A DNA stretch of 64,000 nucleotides, from the IMG/VR virus record IMGVR_UViG_2756170246_000002, positions 156 through 64,155 of that record. One strand, 5' to 3'. Under the pieces are notes generated by a model. That model saw nothing but the letters and a program-made list of their open reading frames with translations, made no database searches and was not told the DNA's origin. The DNA comes from a virus. Position 1 is the first letter of the stretch. Each line of letters starts with the position of its first letter. Of this stretch, positions 44,083 to 52,915 are shown one piece after another. A program made the position numbers and the translations under genes.

Positions 44083-45386
44083 GCTGCCCTCCCAAAGATC
44101 ATAAGCCCGGTTGGAATATTGGTGCCTGCTTCTGCAAAGCTCCCGACCGGCAAATCCCGCCACCTGCCTTTGAGTTCGCCGTGATCGTAGTGAGCCGTCG
44201 CCGGGAGAACGGAAATAAGCTTGCCGCCAGGCTTCAGAAAATCCGTAGCGTGACGAACGTGCTTGACGTAGTGGCGCCCATAGAATGGCGGGTTCATCAC
44301 CACGAAATCGAACTCTGGCTTTGCCGGGCATTCCAGGAAGTTGGCTGTCAGGACGTTGTGACCCTTGGCCCTCGCTTCTGCGGCGCGGCCGGCGTGGACT
44401 TCGATTCCGAGCGACAGGCAACCCCGATCGCGCAGCTCATCCAATATCCGACCATCACCGCATGATGGCTCCAGAACACGATAAGGAGGAGCTTCCCGGC
44501 GCGAATATTCGGTAGGCCGATAAATGCCCACCTCGGATAGCGCTTCGTCTATTACCGCCTTCGGCGTCCAGTAGAATTGCAGGTCTTTGGAAACAGAAGT
44601 GCCGGTGCGCTTTGGCGCATTCTCTTCCTCGGCATCCGGCAAAACCTCGCCATAGAACTCTGCAAGCGCGCGGTTGATGTCTACCAGCGTGTCGGGAGGG
44701 AAAATGACATGCCCGTTGCCGTTCCTGAACTTCCGCACATGCAGGCCACGAACGGTTGCATCGCCGTCAGTCTCCCGAGTGTAGGAGTGCAGGCCGTCAA
44801 CCTCGGCGAAGTCGACATGCTCTGCCATCGGCTCGCCGCGATAGGCCGCGAGGGCGTTCACGATGTCGCGAAGCTTGTTTCTGCCATAACTGCCGTAGCC
44901 GGACACATTCGACAGGATAATCCGCTTCGGCAAACCCTTGACGCCGATCTTCACCTTGGAGTGAGACTTGTAGGCCGGGTCGAGATCGGAGAAGACTTCG
45001 GCCAGACCGCGCAAGATATGATGGCGAGGCCGCTCCAGATAATCGCCGAACGTCGCCTTGGCGTTGTCGAAGGTTAGATCCGGCGGGTTCTCAACCGTCT
45101 GGTCGAACAGCTTGCGGTCGCGGGCGCTGGCAATGCGGTCAATTTGGAGGCGATCGTAAATCGCCTTCCACCCCGATTTACAGAGGTTCCGCTTCAGGCT
45201 TTCAGCGCTGACATGCGGGCGATGCTGCGAGACAGGGCCAACGAACTTGCCCTGAATGCATGCTGCCATTTCCAGTCGCGTGTAAGCCGCCTCGAAGGCC
45301 TTCACCTCAGCCTCCATGGCGTCACGTTTCTGATCGTATTCCTCGATCAGGTCGGTGACGGTGCTTTGGCGCGCAAGCGCGTTCAT
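44079..45386 (-). CDS. DUF4942-type DNA adenine methyltransferase
   Basis: FYWTP, VLEPSCGDG, VVMNPPF; N-terminal DUF4942-like region. Confidence 0.85.
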   Translation of the reverse strand: MNALARQSTVTDLIEEYDQKRDAMEAEVKAFEAAYTRLEMAACIQGKFVGPVSQHRPHVSAESLKRNLCKSGWKAIYDRLQIDRIASARDRKLFDQTVENPPDLTFDNAKATFGDYLERPRHHILRGLAEVFSDLDPAYKSHSKVKIGVKGLPKRIILSNVSGYGSYGRNKLRDIVNALAAYRGEPMAEHVDFAEVDGLHSYTRETDGDATVRGLHVRKFRNGNGHVIFPPDTLVDINRALAEFYGEVLPDAEEENAPKRTGTSVSKDLQFYWTPKAVIDEALSEVGIYRPTEYSRREAPPYRVLEPSCGDGRILDELRDRGCLSLGIEVHAGRAAEARAKGHNVLTANFLECPAKPEFDFVVMNPPFYGRHYVKHVRHATDFLKPGGKLISVLPATAHYDHGELKGRWRDLPVGSFAEAGTNIPTGLMIFGRAA

Positions 45387-45907
45387 CACACGCCTCGCCC
45401 GGGAACGAACAAACAAATGGTCCGGCTGTCATCCAGCCCGCCAACGGGATTGGCGAATGCTCCGTGGGCAGCGCGGGCTGCTTCGGCATACGCCTTGGCG
45501 GCATCCTCTTTTTCGACATAGCGGCCGAGACTGTGCGTCTTTCCGAATACAGTGATATCAGCCTTCCATTTGCCTCTGGAGGCATCCCAAACAACGCCCT
45601 TTATGCCGCTCTTATTGCGACGACTCAGCCCTGAGTTGGCGCCGTTGAGGCTCTTGTTGGCCCTACGCAGATTTGAGCGTCGATTGTTGAGGCCATCGTT
45701 GTCCCTATGGTCGACAAGAATCCCAGGCTTAGCGACGAAGATTAGGCGATGAAGGTAGACCGACCGTCCGTTTCGGGTTGAGACCGCATACCACTTCGAT
45801 CCACATTGCGACGCTCGCCATTTGGAGCCTACGATCAGCGGAAGATCTACGGCATCAATGATGGCGAACATGCCTTTGGTGAGCGGAATTTCGAGGATAT
45901 CGTCCAT
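45386..45907 (-). CDS. HNH + AP2 homing endonuclease
   Basis: YLHRLI...VDHRDNDGLNNRRSNLR; AP2 KGVVWD..RGKWKADI...LGRY...AA.AY. Confidence 0.92.
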   Translation of the reverse strand: MDDILEIPLTKGMFAIIDAVDLPLIVGSKWRASQCGSKWYAVSTRNGRSVYLHRLIFVAKPGILVDHRDNDGLNNRRSNLRRANKSLNGANSGLSRRNKSGIKGVVWDASRGKWKADITVFGKTHSLGRYVEKEDAAKAYAEAARAAHGAFANPVGGLDDSRTICLFVPGRGV

Positions 45908-45970
45908 CGGTCAAAAGCCTCTTGAGGGAGCAAAAAGACAGATCGTCCTGCTGTCGTCCAACCCACCCAC
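45386..45970 (-). repeat. Synonymously diverged 60-nt duplication (45386-45445 and 45911-45970) flanking the HNH-AP2 gene
   Basis: VGGLDDSRTICLFVPGRGV* vs VGGLDDSRTICLFAPSRGF*. Confidence 0.9.
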
Positions 45971-46258
45971 CGTGCAAAGATGAAACCGGCCGTCAGGGCT
46001 CATCTTCACCTTGGGATCGGTCATCGGGATCAGTTCATGCGTGTTGCGGATTTCGTAGCCGCGAGCGCCTTCGATGATGTCGGCGTCGGGAACTTCGCGG
46101 CAGTCGATTCCGCTGCAGCAATTTTGTGGATAGCTCCAACCCGTCGGCGCGTCGTGGCTATGCGCCTTCCCGCCGAACAGCGTGTTGAGGAAAAGTACCG
46201 ATGCGGCTATAGCCAGCACCCACTGCAGGAAGAGGAAGCGCTTGCGCTCGGCGGTCAT
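45911..46258 (-). CDS. Exported Cys-containing hypothetical protein
   Basis: N-terminal hydrophobic helix, AHSHDAPTGWSYP..CCSGIDC, PDGRFHLC. Confidence 0.75.
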   Translation of the reverse strand: MTAERKRFLFLQWVLAIAASVLFLNTLFGGKAHSHDAPTGWSYPQNCCSGIDCREVPDADIIEGARGYEIRNTHELIPMTDPKVKMSPDGRFHLCTVGGLDDSRTICLFAPSRGF

Positions 46259-47103
46259 GGGGCACGGTCCACGATGCCGACGAACGTCATCTTGTGTTCA
46301 CGACAATAACGGCGGAACGCGGCACCGTGCAGTTCGCCGGGAAGCATGTCGATGGAGTGGCCGGTCGTGCCTCCCTTCCATGATCCCTTGCGCTCGCCGG
46401 TCTCGCCGGAAAACTGGAGGTCGAGCGAGCGGCGGATTTTCGGCTTGCGGAACAGGGAGAGCCACTTGAACCAGCCGGTTCCGAACTTCCACTCCCATTC
46501 CTCAATCATGGTGGTGACAGTCAGGCGCTCGTCGTCGAAGTCATCGAAGGCAAACGAGACCGTCGGCGTTGCCTTTTCGATGGCGCGCTCGCGCTCCCAT
46601 CGGCCGGAATCGAGCGTGTAGCTTTTTCCGGTATCGGGCATGGTCGCGACATGCTCGCCGTTGATGCCGTAGAAGCTCTTGCGGACATGCCGCCATTGCG
46701 TCCACGGGAGGAACTTCCCCCAGCGCTGTTCGGTGCTGCTGTCGTTGGTCTGGCGGCCGAGCATGACGCTCAGATGGCCTTCGGAGTAGGTGAATCCGTA
46801 TTCCCGTTCGTGCGTGTCCCAATACCAGTCGCGGCCGAGCCGTTCGATGGTTTCGGCATCCCAAAATTTGGCAGTGACCTTCCGGCGCCAGGGCTTCAGC
46901 ACTTGAGGCAGAGCCAAGATGAGCGTGTGGCCGAATCCGCTCAGGCGAAGGTCGCAGCCGGGGTATTCGTCATCACCGGAGCCGAGCACGATGGCCAACG
47001 GCCGGTAATGGCCGCGCTTTTCATGCGCGTAGGTGAACGGGCCGAAGTAGTGGTCGTGATCGCTCCAGCGGCGGTGATAGTGTCTGCTGAACATGCCCAT
47101 CAC
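46255..47103 (-). CDS. Phage hypothetical protein (Trp-rich)
   Basis: 282 aa, ATGA overlaps. Confidence 0.65.
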   Translation of the reverse strand: MMGMFSRHYHRRWSDHDHYFGPFTYAHEKRGHYRPLAIVLGSGDDEYPGCDLRLSGFGHTLILALPQVLKPWRRKVTAKFWDAETIERLGRDWYWDTHEREYGFTYSEGHLSVMLGRQTNDSSTEQRWGKFLPWTQWRHVRKSFYGINGEHVATMPDTGKSYTLDSGRWERERAIEKATPTVSFAFDDFDDERLTVTTMIEEWEWKFGTGWFKWLSLFRKPKIRRSLDLQFSGETGERKGSWKGGTTGHSIDMLPGELHGAAFRRYCREHKMTFVGIVDRAP

Positions 47104-47465
47104 TCGCGCCCCAGTTCAGTCAGTGCTGCCTTGCACGACGCCACCAGCTTGCGATCCGCTGACATGTCACGCTCTGCCTTGATCCTCGCTTCGGTGATGC
47201 GCTCACCAAGGATTGCCATCTCGACATCATGGCGCGCCTTTTCGGCCTTGCGGTCAGCATCGAGCCTTGCGACATCGGCCTTCATGGCGATCCTGGTGTC
47301 TGAGATCCGTTGATCGTATTTCGCAATCGCGAGGCGATGCGCCTTAGCGAGCCGCTCCAGTTCTGTCTCCGGGTCCATCGCCTTGAACGAGACGACCTTG
47401 AGGCCTGGATTGAGCGCAGTATCCATCGCGCCTGCGAGGTCTGCGGTGAGTGCTTCTGCGTTCAT
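47100..47465 (-). CDS. Coiled-coil hypothetical protein
   Basis: MNAEALT..., coupled overlap. Confidence 0.55.
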   Translation of the reverse strand: MNAEALTADLAGAMDTALNPGLKVVSFKAMDPETELERLAKAHRLAIAKYDQRISDTRIAMKADVARLDADRKAEKARHDVEMAILGERITEARIKAERDMSADRKLVASCKAALTELGRE

Positions 47466-47497
47466 GCTGGAGGGTTCCTTCTGTTGCCTGTTGAAAA

Positions 47498-47863
47498 TCA
47501 TGCTGCGACGCCCAAGCGTTTTTCCATGAGCCGGAGCCGCCGGTTGATCCTGCGGCGCGACCACGCCAGCCAGAACGCCAAGGGGCGGCCAGAGACGGGC
47601 GCTTCAAGCGCCTTGCGGAACTGCTGCTCGGGCATGTGACCCTTGAGCTTGTTGCAGGGGTCGCAGGCCGCCACGATGTTGTTGCGGTGATCGAGGCCGA
47701 ACGCGGCGCGCGGTTGGCGATGATCTGCCGTTGCGGTCCTGGCTGTCAGCGGCTCGTCGCAGTAGGCGCAAAAGCTCTTTTGCTCGCGGCGCGCGTCCTC
47801 GCGAAATGAGCGGCGGAACGCTGCGTCCAGTTTCCCTTGCTGGTAGCGGTTGAGCGGCCTCAT
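47498..47863 (-). CDS. HNH endonuclease
   Basis: CAYC...TADHRQPR...NNIVAACDPCNKLKG. Confidence 0.82.
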   Translation of the reverse strand: MRPLNRYQQGKLDAAFRRSFREDARREQKSFCAYCDEPLTARTATADHRQPRAAFGLDHRNNIVAACDPCNKLKGHMPEQQFRKALEAPVSGRPLAFWLAWSRRRINRRLRLMEKRLGVAA

Positions 47864-48180
47864 TCCGCGGCCTCGCCGTACTGGTCGGCTACGAGGGCAC
47901 CGACGATCTCGTCGATCCAATCCTCTCGCCACCATGAGGACTTTCGGAACGTGCCAAGGTTGCTTGGCGCTGCCGCCATCCCCTTGCCGTAGCCGCAGCA
48001 TCGGGCAACGCCCATCTTGCGCGCTTCGGGAAAGGCTTCGATCAATGCAGCAAACGCGAGGTGCCGGCCGCGCGCTTCCAGGTTCGAGGCCCGCCCGAGT
48101 GCGGTCAGCATAGGATTCGTGCCCGTCAGCCGGCAGGCGGTGACGAGCGCAAGGGCGACGGAGTCTGCGGAGGGGAACAT
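47860..48180 (-). CDS. Hypothetical protein (possible HTH)
   Basis: ATGA overlap; 106 aa. Confidence 0.55.
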   Translation of the reverse strand: MFPSADSVALALVTACRLTGTNPMLTALGRASNLEARGRHLAFAALIEAFPEARKMGVARCCGYGKGMAAAPSNLGTFRKSSWWREDWIDEIVGALVADQYGEAAE

Positions 48181-48181
48181 C

Positions 48182-48589
48182 TCAGATCACCCCAGCCGCA
48201 AATCGATCCGCTTCCCGGTCGGACTGTGCTTTCAGGCGCGCGACGATCTCGGCTTGCGTCCACGTTGCAGCCTTGAGGCTCATCGCTTCAGCAGCAATGG
48301 CTATATCGAGGACTTCAAGACTGGCGCGGAACCAATGGCTCCCAAGGGCCGCACTGGCGAGAAACCGCTCCACGCCCATGACGATGGTGCGCGCCACGGC
48401 TGGGCCTTGGGTCCAGATGATGCGTTCGAAGCGCAGCGCTTGCCATGTGCCTGGCTGCAGCGTGGAGAGGTGCGCTTCGAGATTTTCTGCGGAGGCCAGC
48501 CGGAAGACGCCGACATCACCTGCGAAGCCGACAGCCACGACAGCGGCATAGCCAGCGTTGCGCCTCCGCCGGATCAAGTCCCTAGACAT
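48182..48589 (-). CDS. Hypothetical protein
   Basis: In-operon ORF. Confidence 0.5.
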   Translation of the reverse strand: MSRDLIRRRRNAGYAAVVAVGFAGDVGVFRLASAENLEAHLSTLQPGTWQALRFERIIWTQGPAVARTIVMGVERFLASAALGSHWFRASLEVLDIAIAAEAMSLKAATWTQAEIVARLKAQSDREADRFAAGVI

Positions 48590-48596
48590 GGTGGCG

Positions 48597-48800
48597 TCAA
48601 GCGGCATCGACTGCCTTCCGCTTGGCCGTGACGAATGGCGGCAAAGTCGCTGCGCCTAGCATCAGCCGATATCGGCTCATGGCCAGCATGCCGCTTGAGA
48701 CCTTCGCGCGGACCTGCTCGGCAATGTTGTTCGCTACAATCCAGCGCACCTTCATTTCGGCGGCTTGGCGGGCTCGTTCGGCGGCGTGAGGGTCTTCCAT
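48597..48800 (-). CDS. Hypothetical protein
   Basis: GGAG RBS, MEDPHAAE... Confidence 0.45.
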   Translation of the reverse strand: MEDPHAAERARQAAEMKVRWIVANNIAEQVRAKVSSGMLAMSRYRLMLGAATLPPFVTAKRKAVDAA

Positions 48801-48810
48801 CGGCTCGCTC

Positions 48811-49503
48811 CTATTGTTCCGTTGCTTCGGCTTCCTCACGGCGCCGACGCTTCTCGTCGCTCTTCCGGTCCCGCCGCCGCCGGTCGATTTCCTTGAGGCT
48901 CAACCGGCGGAAACCACGCGACGTGCGGACCAGTCCGAACTCGGTCTCAATGCCCTTGAGGATCTGCCCCAGCACCCGGTTGCGGATGTCCCACATGGCC
49001 CGCCTGTCGAAGCCAAGCCGGTGCTTGTCGTAGATCCTGCCGCATTGCTCGATGGAGAGGCCGGCGGCGCGCGCCACCACCGTCCGCTTCATGCGCAGAA
49101 CGTCCTTGCCGTTGTGGCCTCCAACGACGAAACGAAGCAGGTCCAGCACATCGACCATGCGGTCCGATGCATCCTCGTGGACCACGACGCGCACTTCCGT
49201 GTCGTCGTACTGGGGCATTCCGTCGGCCAGGCGTGACAACTCGCGGATGCGGGCCTCTAGCTCGGTCTCGCGCGCCGAGGGCATCGCCGAGCCCATGCGG
49301 GAAACCATGCGCCGTTCGACATCGGGCAAGAGGCGCGCGGTGTGAACCGCGTCTGCGATCAGCAGCCAAAGCAAATCCCGCGGTGTCGGCAGTCCCTTCG
49401 CGTTCTTGATGAAGAACCACGTCTCAGCCAGGCGGAAGTGCTCGACCAGGCGGTCGACCCTCTTGTCGAAGTCATTCGGCTTGTCGAGGAAAAGACTGCT
49501 CAT
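48811..49503 (-). CDS. Putative transcriptional regulator (late activator candidate)
   Basis: C-terminal HTH-like AAGLSIEQCGRIY; preceded by two operator sites; downstream of replication genes. Confidence 0.45.
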   Translation of the reverse strand: MSSLFLDKPNDFDKRVDRLVEHFRLAETWFFIKNAKGLPTPRDLLWLLIADAVHTARLLPDVERRMVSRMGSAMPSARETELEARIRELSRLADGMPQYDDTEVRVVVHEDASDRMVDVLDLLRFVVGGHNGKDVLRMKRTVVARAAGLSIEQCGRIYDKHRLGFDRRAMWDIRNRVLGQILKGIETEFGLVRTSRGFRRLSLKEIDRRRRDRKSDEKRRRREEAEATEQ

Positions 49504-49529
49504 TCGTTCAAATCCGCCATGTCGAATCA

Positions 49530-49567
49530 GCAACCACTTTGATTGCCTATGGTGCCATTTTGGTTAC
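49530..49567. promoter_or_regulatory. Tandem operator variants GCAACCACTTTGATTGC (49530-49546) and GGTGCCATTTTGGTTAC (49551-49567)
   Basis: Match to the operator consensus in an AT-rich intergenic gap. Confidence 0.65.
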
Positions 49568-49571
49568 ATCG

Positions 49572-50048
49572 TCAGCAAATAGAATTTGCCTCGACTGGCC
49601 CATAAATTACCCCCGCAACCCACTTCGCACCGACCGGCAATTGCCTGGCAGCGCTGAACGACCGGAATTGCTCCACCGAGACATCCTCGTGCAGAACGGG
49701 CCGATTCGCATTCTCGGCCTTGCGCTTGTTCGACATGATCTCGAACGGCGCTAGGTTGCCGCGGTGATATTCGAGAGCCGGCCGCTTCGGCGCGTTGAGC
49801 AGGCGAAGGTATTCCTCGCTGGCCCTGGCCTCGCGAACGAACTCGGGAACCGACGGGGCGAATGTCATGTGCTGCTCTGGAACGTCGCCTGACAGGTAGC
49901 GCCGCACCGCGCGGACGACTGCCTCAGTCGATAGGCTCGCCAATTGCTGCATGTATGAATCCAGCAATAGATCGTAGTTTTCCGTCGTCTGAGGAAACCC
50001 GTTCAGCATCCGGATCATTTCCTTCGCCTTGATTTCTCTCTCGCTCAT
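49572..50048 (-). CDS. Replication accessory (helicase-loader-like) protein
   Basis: Follows the initiator; EAVVRAVRRY...FAPSVPEF motif; start uncertain. Confidence 0.55.
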   Translation of the reverse strand: MSEREIKAKEMIRMLNGFPQTTENYDLLLDSYMQQLASLSTEAVVRAVRRYLSGDVPEQHMTFAPSVPEFVREARASEEYLRLLNAPKRPALEYHRGNLAPFEIMSNKRKAENANRPVLHEDVSVEQFRSFSAARQLPVGAKWVAGVIYGPVEANSIC

Positions 50049-50847
50049 GCTCTTTCTCCATAAATCGCCCAAGTGCTGCTACCGGCCCGTCCTTGCGACC
50101 GCGCGTTGCTGGCGGCGGCCGTGACTTCGGGTCTGGAGGTGGTTCGATGCGCCTGTCTCTTTGCTCGAACACAGCGTCGGAACAGTATGACCAGCTTCGC
50201 GGAGCCTTGCCGCGCGCGGCGATGACGCGGAGCGCCGGAATGATATCGGCATCGACATCGCAACCCGCTTCGACCCAGCGGATCGGATCGGACAGCGAAA
50301 GCAAGCCGGGCGATCTCGTCTCGTCGGTCACACCCAGGGCTGCATAGAGTTCGCCTCGCCTGGCCTCGACCACGTCGAGCCCCGCACCGCCATAGCTATG
50401 CTGCGAAGCAGGATAGCTATCTATGTGTATGTGGTTGTGGTTGGTAGCGCTTTGCTCTGGCATTGATGTAGCATTGCTAGAGCTTTGCTTATTGACGGCT
50501 TTGGCATTGCCGCCCGCTCGACCGGCCGCAGCCCGCTTTTCATATGCTTTGCGGGCTTTCTCCAGTTCATCATCGACGCGCTCATGGCGCCATCCCGGCG
50601 CAAAGAACCCTTCGATGTTCGGTCGGATGTCAGCCCATTGCTCTGGCGATGCCCTAGCAATGCTAGCTAATTTCTTGTTGTCGTCCGGAAGAGATCCGCG
50701 CTGCCAATAATGCATGATGAGCAAGAGGTAGGCGCCGTGCTCAAGCGTCGACAAATCGCCCGTGTCGGCGAGATAGTCGCGCACGTAGAATGGCATCCAA
50801 GGACGGCTCACGCGAGCGCATCCGCGGTATCGGCTGTCGCCAGCCAT
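49924..50847 (-). CDS. YdaU/DUF1376 replication initiator
   Basis: WMPFYVRDYLADT..LSTLEHGAYLLLIMHYW. Confidence 0.9.
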   Translation of the reverse strand: MAGDSRYRGCARVSRPWMPFYVRDYLADTGDLSTLEHGAYLLLIMHYWQRGSLPDDNKKLASIARASPEQWADIRPNIEGFFAPGWRHERVDDELEKARKAYEKRAAAGRAGGNAKAVNKQSSSNATSMPEQSATNHNHIHIDSYPASQHSYGGAGLDVVEARRGELYAALGVTDETRSPGLLSLSDPIRWVEAGCDVDADIIPALRVIAARGKAPRSWSYCSDAVFEQRDRRIEPPPDPKSRPPPATRGRKDGPVAALGRFMEKEHERERNQGEGNDPDAERVSSDDGKLRSIAGFIHAAIGEPID

Positions 50848-50932
50848 CTATGAAATTGGCAGACAAGTCCCATGTCGCTCTCTCAAACCCTTGAGGAGCG
50901 GCAACCCTACACACTACAAAATGAATTGCCGT

Positions 50933-51160
50933 TCAGTGTTTTTCGTTCGATCCCGATCCCATCGAAGCAATGGTTGCCCGCAGGATATTCGTTGTTTTTT
51001 CGACCCCGACTTCTTGGTCGAGATAAGCTGCCGCCGCAACAAGATGAACTGTCGCTTCGCGCTGCGCGGCCTTTGGTCCGGCCGTCCTGGCCTTCATGCA
51101 GAAACTGGCAAGGACGGCGCGTACCGCGCAGTCTTGGAGCGATCCGTAATCCTGCTTCAT
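50933..51160 (-). CDS. Hypothetical protein
   Basis: GGAGG RBS before MKQDYG... Confidence 0.45.
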   Translation of the reverse strand: MKQDYGSLQDCAVRAVLASFCMKARTAGPKAAQREATVHLVAAAAYLDQEVGVEKTTNILRATIASMGSGSNEKH

Positions 51161-51280
51161 GTTGTTGCCTCCCCGTGCGCGTCTCCCAAAATGGACGCAC
51201 GAATTTTGTACGATTTCAGACAAAGCACGCGGATGCAAAACACATTTAGCCGGCACAAAGACTAAATTTTTAGAGCACCG

Positions 51281-51589
51281 TCATTGTTCACCGACTTTGC
51301 TCAAGATGGTTATGGGATCGTTCGCAGGTACACGCGATTCCGCGGTTGTATCGGCGATGACCCCATGCTTTCGCACGTAGCGATTGTATCGATCGAGCAG
51401 ATCGAAGACCGCCCGGGCCGTCCAGTTGTCAGCGTAACCGTACCAGGCACGCCTCACGCGCCAGTGACCGCGGGGATAACCCAGATTGTCGCAGGCACTA
51501 TTCTGCTGGCTTTTGATCGACATCCCGGCCGAGATCGGGCCGGCAGCACGCCTGACGACGTTCTGTAGCTCACTTCCAAGGTCGTGCAT
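51281..51589 (-). CDS. CII-position hypothetical regulator
   Basis: GAGG RBS; first gene after cro. Confidence 0.55.
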   Translation of the reverse strand: MHDLGSELQNVVRRAAGPISAGMSIKSQQNSACDNLGYPRGHWRVRRAWYGYADNWTARAVFDLLDRYNRYVRKHGVIADTTAESRVPANDPITILSKVGEQ

Positions 51590-51699
51590 TTGTTCCTCAC
51601 GAAATACAGGAGAAGGAACGACAAATTTCAAATTCGGAACGACCTGTTCCGCACGCGAAACCCTTTCCGCGCCATTGTCGCCGCCGTGGCAAGGAGGCT

Positions 51700-51773
51700 T
51701 CAAATGGCGCTTGACGATGATACCTGGATACCGCTTGGCCTCGCGGTTTGGGGAGTTGTGGAGCGCGCCGACC
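51700..51773 (-). promoter_or_regulatory. nutR-like element: hairpin with C/A-rich loop then CGCCATTTGA (51709-51700)
   Basis: Same 10-mer and layout as 52916-52997. Confidence 0.5.
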
Positions 51774-51815
51774 GGCTTCGGACGGAGCGGGGAACCTTGT
51801 TGATCGTACCCCGGG

Positions 51816-52055
51816 TCAAGCCGAAGCCTGTCGCTTTGCAACGACATCAGCAGCCTCCTTGCCCAGCCAATCGGATGCCGTCACTTCGCCGTCGGTCATG
51901 ACGACGATGCGGTCGAGGTAAGGCTGCTTGGGGCGCCGGCCGGACTCGTAGCGCGACACCGCCTGGCGCGTGCTCCTGATCTTGGCCGCAACGTCGGCAG
52001 CCTTCAGCCCGCGCTCGATGCGCCATCTCTTCAACGGATGATCAAATTCTTCCAT
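51816..52055 (-). CDS. cro: Cro-like XRE repressor
   Basis: LKRWRIERGLKAADVAAKIRSTRQAVSRYESGRR; divergent from cI. Confidence 0.85.
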   Translation of the reverse strand: MEEFDHPLKRWRIERGLKAADVAAKIRSTRQAVSRYESGRRPKQPYLDRIVVMTDGEVTASDWLGKEAADVVAKRQASA

Positions 52056-52066
52056 GCCCCGCAAAT

Positions 52067-52112
52067 CGCACCATTTTGGTTACGCGTCAAGGGTTGTAAC
52101 CACTTTGGCGCT
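52067..52112. promoter_or_regulatory. OR region: CGCACCATTTTGGTTAC (52067-52083) and GTAACCACTTTGGCGCT (52096-52112)
   Basis: Two operator variants between cro and cI; TTGACG -35 on the minus strand at 52090-52085. Confidence 0.8.
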
Positions 52113-52148
52113 GTTTCGTTGTGAGTTGTTTTGCGCTACCGCCGTCTC

Positions 52149-52745
52149 ATGAATAACGGAATCAAGCTTTTCCGCGAGAAAGCCGGGCTCACCAAGGCCG
52201 AGCTTTCGCGCCGCATTGGCACCACGCGGCAACAGATGGGCAAGCTCGAAGAGGGCAAGCGCAAGCTCACCACGGAATGGGCGCAGAAGATCGCCGCGGT
52301 TCTCAACTGCACGGCACAGGATCTCATGTTTCCTGAGATGTCGCGCATCGATACCAAGCGCTTCCACAACGTTTTCGAAATCCTCAACGGCAAGGAAGCA
52401 CCGGCCGATTCGCCGGGGATGGCGCTGGAGACCGAGTTTTTGGCCCGGCTCCTGCCCAGCGCCCGGCGCCACAATCTCCGCTTCATGATGGTCGAGCCGT
52501 CGCAATCAAACGCGTTGGTGAGCAAGGGTGATGCCCTGGTCATCGACATCGACGACAACAAGCCCTCCGTTCCCGGCCTCTATGCGCTGGAGATCGCCGG
52601 CGTGATCCAGTGGCGCTATCTCGCCCCCACGACTTCCGGCGCCGTCCAGGTCCACAGCGACAACCCCAATATTGCGTCTGAAACGGTCAAACCCGACGAT
52701 CTGACCATCATTGGTCGAGCGCGGCTGCGGATATCCACACTCTAG
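52149..52745 (+). CDS. cI: CI-like repressor (XRE HTH + degenerate S24 domain)
   Basis: IKLFREKAGLTKAELSRRIG HTH; GD.LVID...G.YAL...SDNP...IIGR S24 fold. Confidence 0.88.
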   Translation: MNNGIKLFREKAGLTKAELSRRIGTTRQQMGKLEEGKRKLTTEWAQKIAAVLNCTAQDLMFPEMSRIDTKRFHNVFEILNGKEAPADSPGMALETEFLARLLPSARRHNLRFMMVEPSQSNALVSKGDALVIDIDDNKPSVPGLYALEIAGVIQWRYLAPTTSGAVQVHSDNPNIASETVKPDDLTIIGRARLRISTL

Positions 52746-52768
52746 CGCACTATTTTTTTGCTTTTCGC

Positions 52769-52818
52769 GTAACCAAATCGGCTACGCCTCTTGCAAAGCG
52801 CACCAAATTGGTTACATT
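52769..52818 (+). promoter_or_regulatory. OL/PL: operators GTAACCAAATCGGCTAC (52769-52785) and CGCACCAAATTGGTTAC (52799-52815); promoter TTGCAA-N16-TACATT
   Basis: Directly after cI, upstream of the recombination operon. Confidence 0.8.
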
Positions 52819-52915
52819 CCCTCTCGTGCAGAAGGATTGCGAACCGATGACCCCAGCGCCCCTGGTCGTTTTTCCCCCTCATCGTTCAATTTCCGGTGTC
52901 GAGTATCTGCGCGTT

